NCBI RefSeq assembly: GCF_000181795.1
Contig: NW_003526941.1
Coordinates: forward strand, 1,522,624-1,576,646
Length of the DNA: 54,023 bases
DNA from: Trichinella spiralis
Lineage: Eukaryota
Direction: 5' to 3'
Shown: piece by piece, positions 49,795 through 54,023 of the stretch
Layout of the letters: the number at the start of each line of letters is the position of its first letter
Numbering within the stretch: the first letter of the stretch is position 1
Position numbers and translations under genes: made by a program
The notes under the pieces: generated by a model
What the model was told of the DNA's origin: nothing
Seen by the model: the letters and a program-made list of their open reading frames with translations, nothing else
The model's database searches: none

Positions 49795-51827
49795 TTTTCT
49801 TTTACTATGTATTATTTCTTGTTTTCGTTTATTACTTTTGCAAATGCTTTAAGCTTTGCTCTCAATTTGTTGTTGGTTCTTTGTTGAGCAAGCGGAATTC
49901 AAGATTTCTTCTTCTACTTGCTGTTGTCAACTGGCGTAAGCAGCGTATGCCGTAAGCGAAATAGCAGCTGTTTGCCTCTTCGTCAACTTGCTTCTCGTCA
50001 TTGAATGTGGAGCAGTCGACTACTATTCATCTTTTCTAAACAACTAAGAGGGAATTTAAGGAAAACTGGAAGTTTTTTATCAGTTTAAAACCATTTACTT
50101 GCACGACGGTGGAATGAAAACGCATTCTTACACGCAGTAATTGTCAAAATCTAAAGTAGATTTACTTTTTGATCTGAGGTAAGGAATTTTCTACAGCGGA
50201 ACAACCGAATAATACCAATAAATAATTGTGATAATCACGAATTCACCAAATTCAATGACAAAATTGGCTGCCTGGATTTGGTGGCTATTGGTTGTCGTAT
50301 CTGACAAGTATCGGTATCACAAACAAAACAAACGATATTTACTGAGCGAATAAGAAAAAAGCGAATCATTATAATGACAGATACAATGCAAAACAAGCAG
50401 AACATGCTGAACACAACAAAACTGCAATGCTACTACGCATGATTCACATGATTACCCATTGGCATTTGTTTGTAAAATTGTGATCAGTAGGTATAAAATG
50501 GCAGTACTATTTCGAATGGCTCATTTTCAAACAACAGAATTTGTTTTTTGCTTTTACATACGTATACATACATACAAATATTGCAGCAAATGTGTAGATA
50601 AGTACAGTCGATTATTGATTGTTGCATTTATTTGCGACGTCACGACAGTAATTGGAAAGTGGCATAAAATGGAATAATTTGCGAAATTATGTAAATTTCA
50701 TCTATAACTCGATGTCAGCGATAAATTATGCAAATTTTGAGCACCCAATTGAAATGAGAAATTAGAATATTTTTCCAACAGAAATCAAAATTTTTTCAAT
50801 TGCACGATCATCTCCAAAATTACCTTCAAATGAAGCTTTCCATCCATTTTTCAAATCATTACCATCTATTATCAGTATGTAAATAAAAGGAAAAAATACA
50901 GACCAGCTTATTTTAAAATCGCAACGGCCATGCGTAATTTCATCATTATGTTGGAACCTGATTTCTATTTTGTGTACAGTACATGCCATCAACTAGAAAC
51001 AATTTGATTTTCATTTTTAGTTGAGCATTTATTTCAGTTTAACGTTATTATTTGTTGAAACAGAAGGCAATTTCAGGTATGAAATAATTATTTTTCTTTT
51101 ATTTAGAATATTACAGTACTCTAGATATGATATTTAGTATAATATAGTTTTGTGTTGAAGGGAATTTCCAATGATACGTTTTATTTCATTATTCTTCATC
51201 TGATTGTAATGACATTGTTTTATGAATTTTTTAGAACCTACGTAGTTGACCGAGCATTCTTCAAAATTTAATGTATTTACTCATTTTTCTCTGTTTTGGA
51301 GGGAAATAAATTATTAAAGCTAGTTCAACTTTAAATGCTGATTTTTTTGACTAAGTAAATGTTGTATTGGAGAAATCATCGTTTTCGTATCAGGAAATTA
51401 ATTACGAAATCGCAGCGAATAGGTATCAGTTCATGCAAAAAGGGTGACAAACAAAATGTTAGTACAATAAAATTATCATCTACCTCTTTATAAATGTAAA
51501 GTGTACTTATCAGTGCTTAATCATTTATTCAGTTGAATAATCGAAGTATATTACCATATAAACGTTTTAAAATACTATTATCACGAGGTTCAAAAAATAT
51601 TTTATCACAAAATCGAAGATTTTATTGTAAAATCTAAAAATGGTGCACCTTAAAAAATTCATTTTAGTAATTCGAGTACTCTGACTTGTAAACTTTTATT
51701 GCATTGCGATTTTTTGCCACTGCCGTTTTCTATAATGTGATAGAAATTGTGAATGGAACATACATTGCTATAAGCGTACATTTGATTAAATTAAATTAAA
51801 TTAAAATAAATTCAATTTATGGATTTA

Positions 51828-51830
<3 letters not shown>

Positions 51831-51858
<28 letters not shown>
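51831..51858. repeat. (TA)14 microsatellite
   Basis: Direct reading. Confidence 0.9.
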
Positions 51859-51860
<2 letters not shown>

Positions 51861-52838
51861 AATATTATAATAATAGGCTGTAGCACTATTAAAAATTGAA
51901 AATTAGGTTATTCTACCTGAGGTAAAGTATTTTGCTATTTGTATAATTTATTTACTACTCTCTTATTAATTTTCAGTTTCAGGGTCAGTAATTCAATGTA
52001 TCGCCTCAGAGCACGTGTCGAATTTCAGTACTCTCCTTCAGTTAACATTTATGTGTGAGTGGTATGTGTAATCCATAATATCTATCTTTTTATTATAATT
52101 TGATGAAGACATTATTTGCATGCTGGTTGCATGAATTTATAAATGTAATTACTCATCAATTTTTCCTTCATCAAATTCTGTGATATGATTGGATGATTTT
52201 GAAATTCAGTTGAATGTGTAGTGATGGTTGTAGGAATGAATAATGTGCCTAGTGTTGAACACGATGTGAATTGCTGTATTGCAGTTGTTTGTTAACATTT
52301 TCTCAGTTATTTCTTTATTACTTGTTGAGCTTCATTTTTGAGCAGTTCTAAAGCCAACAGCGTGCAGTGGCTGAAGATTTGCTTTTCCATTGGAAAGGTG
52401 AATGCGCATCCATGAAACAGCATAACGAGACAATAATTACAACAGTATAATATTATGAGTAAAATAGATAACAGTAGCTTCAGATAACGTTATCAGTTAA
52501 TTATTACGTTAAGTAGACGCTGAACCTCGTTTTTCATTATTCGAAAGCATTCCGTTTTTGCATTTATTTTGTAACTTTATATGTGTATCTACAGTGTATT
52601 ATTCCATTTGATTTAAAATTGTAATAACTTTGGTCATTTAATTAAATTATTCATGACGTATATGCTATTAAGCTATTACTGACGGAAAAATAGGTTGTTC
52701 TGCCAGGGGCAAAGTTTCCTCCTTTTGCATAATTTACTTAATTATTGTGCAACTTTTCAGAATACTTTATTCATTGCATCGCTACGGAAGCACGCTCGTA
52801 CTCAACTATGATTCAACTGTGATTAAGAAACACGTAAG

Positions 52839-52839
<1 letters not shown>

Positions 52840-52896
<57 letters not shown>
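52840..52896. repeat. (TA)~28 microsatellite
   Basis: Direct reading. Starts immediately after a GTAAGT donor-like site at 52834. Confidence 0.92.
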
Positions 52897-52898
<2 letters not shown>

Positions 52899-53420
52899 AT
52901 AATGTGGTCTGTGTATTTTTTGCATGCTGTTTGCATGACTTTACATGTATGGTGGTGAATGGAAACGAATGGATTTTTTGTTATAATAACATATTATAAA
53001 TAAATTGTTTTCTATATTGAGATGACTTCACCTTCAATATTCACGTCAATTAAAAAAGAATTCTTTAAGTGAGTTTTATGTACATCAAGTAGAAAATACA
53101 ATGAATTCAAGATATTAAGGATATTTTCTATTTTTTCAGATGCCAGATAAGCAAAAGGGCTTAAATAAATGTAATATGTGAATATAACAAATGCCATTAC
53201 AGTTCCATAAAAGGGCTCTCGCTCGCTATTCGTCAAATGTGAAAAATGTAAGTCTCTTTTACTTTTTGCTATTATTTTTCATTTTTTACTTTGTACGTTT
53301 TTATTTTTTAGTATTTTGTAGATTATTTCCAGGTAAGTTTTTTTTGTTTTTTTAATACAAATTTTAATTGTTTTGAAATGGGTGAAAAGTAATCGTAACA
53401 GTTCAGGACAGATTTCTTGC

Positions 53421-53614
53421 TTGGAACACGTTGCTTTGTTTGAAAATTTGTGGTTAACTCTATGTGAAGTCTTCAGGTAAGTATTTTTACAGTGAATTTT
53501 CTAGTTGCAGATGAATCGAAACAGCTTGGGACTGAATCTAAAAGTTGTTTGGATCACGTTGCTTTGTTTCAGATATGATCTTCAATTGATTTTCAGGTAA
53601 GTATTTTTTACAGT
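53421..53614 (+). repeat. Degenerate ~120-128 bp tandem duplication carrying splice-site-like motifs
   Basis: TTGGA(A/T)CACGTTGCTTTGTTT at 53421 and 53549. TTCAGGTAAGTATTTTT(T)ACAGT at 53472 and 53592. Confidence 0.75.
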
Positions 53615-53734
53615 CAAGACTTTCAAGTTTGTAAGACTAGGTACTAGGTATTTTGTACTGTTTATACAAGATTAGAAAAGCACTAAGATAAGCACTGTAA
53701 TGTAAGCACAGGTAAGTAATTTTAAATACCTCGA

Positions 53735-54023
53735 AGGTGGAGAGGAGAGGGGAGAAGAGTATAGGTGGAGAGGAGAGGGGAGAAGAGTATAGGTGGAGAG
53801 GAGAGGGGAGAAGAGTGTAGGTGGAGAGGAGAGGGGAGAAGAGTGTAGGTGGAGAGGAGAGGGGAGAAGAGTGTAGGTGGAGAGGAGAGGGGAGAAGAGT
53901 GTAGGTGGAGAGGAGAGGGGAGAAGAGTGTAGGTGGAGAGGAGAGGGGAGAAGAGTGTAGGTGGAGAGGAGAGGGGAGAAGAGTGTAGGTGGAGAGGAGA
54001 GGCGAGAAGAGTGTAGGTGGAGA
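53735..54023. repeat. 28-bp polypurine minisatellite, >=10 copies, running off the window end
   Basis: Unit AGGTGGAGAGGAGAGGGGAGAAGAGT(A/G)T with period 28 (starts 53735, 53763, 53791...). Confidence 0.97.

Noticed and set aside
49006..49955. 293-aa and 125-aa + strand ORFs
   Set aside because: Antisense to the SMYD CDS with no motif support.
50762..50992. 76-aa minus-strand ORF
   Set aside because: No recognisable domain and no consistent splice model.
51905..51935. AGGTTATTCTACCTGAG|GTAAAG as a spliced-leader RNA gene
   Set aside because: Too short for a ~22-nt leader, only a 3-nt loop between TACC and GGTA, and no convincing downstream stem-loops or Sm site.
52308..52480. Minus-strand hydrophobic frame KLLLSILLIILYCCNYCLVMLFHG... 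as a secreted orphan protein
   Set aside because: No in-frame ATG before the hydrophobic stretch without an assumed weak splice, downstream exons cannot be joined convincingly, and L/I-rich frames are common in AT-rich DNA.
53117..53124. ATATCCTT on the minus strand as a U12-type (AT-AC) donor
   Set aside because: No supported host exon or U12 branch point, and an 8-mer like this is expected by chance in AT-rich DNA.
53735..54023. 28-bp repeat as a CRISPR array or telomere
   Set aside because: Units are head-to-tail with no spacers, the context is eukaryotic with no cas genes, and the unit is unlike short telomeric repeats such as TTAGGC.

Overview
AT-rich eukaryotic DNA with short (~45-60 nt) GT-AG introns. 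A cuticular collagen and a transthyretin-like gene mark it as nematode; a Trichinella-like clade I genome is my inference. Twelve protein-coding genes can be reconstructed by hand: 3' end of Rab GDI (+), signal peptide peptidase (-, intronless), Pinin (+, ~22 exons), NRF-6-type acyltransferase (-), transthyretin-like secreted protein (-, missed by the ORF track), FABP (+), NKCC/SLC12 cotransporter (+), CKY-1/NPAS4-type bHLH-PAS factor (-), cuticle collagen (-), ATG9 (-, intronless, GC-rich, polyQ), NOL6/Utp22 (+) and a SMYD-type SET/MYND protein (-, intronless). There is also a 481-bp solo-LTR-like insertion, several microsatellites and a terminal 28-bp polypurine minisatellite. The most unusual signals are: (1) a Pinin gene with 12 consecutive symmetric phase-2 micro-exons, one encoding a CASC3/ALYREF WxHD-like motif (GRWENDKFR); (2) an NRF-6/TTR/FABP lipid-handling cluster with a solo LTR in the shared divergent upstream region; (3) an unexplained + strand cluster of perfect CAG|GTAAGT splice signals near the right end. 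All exon models were read by eye and need RNA-seq confirmation. No tRNA, rRNA or CRISPR array could be supported.
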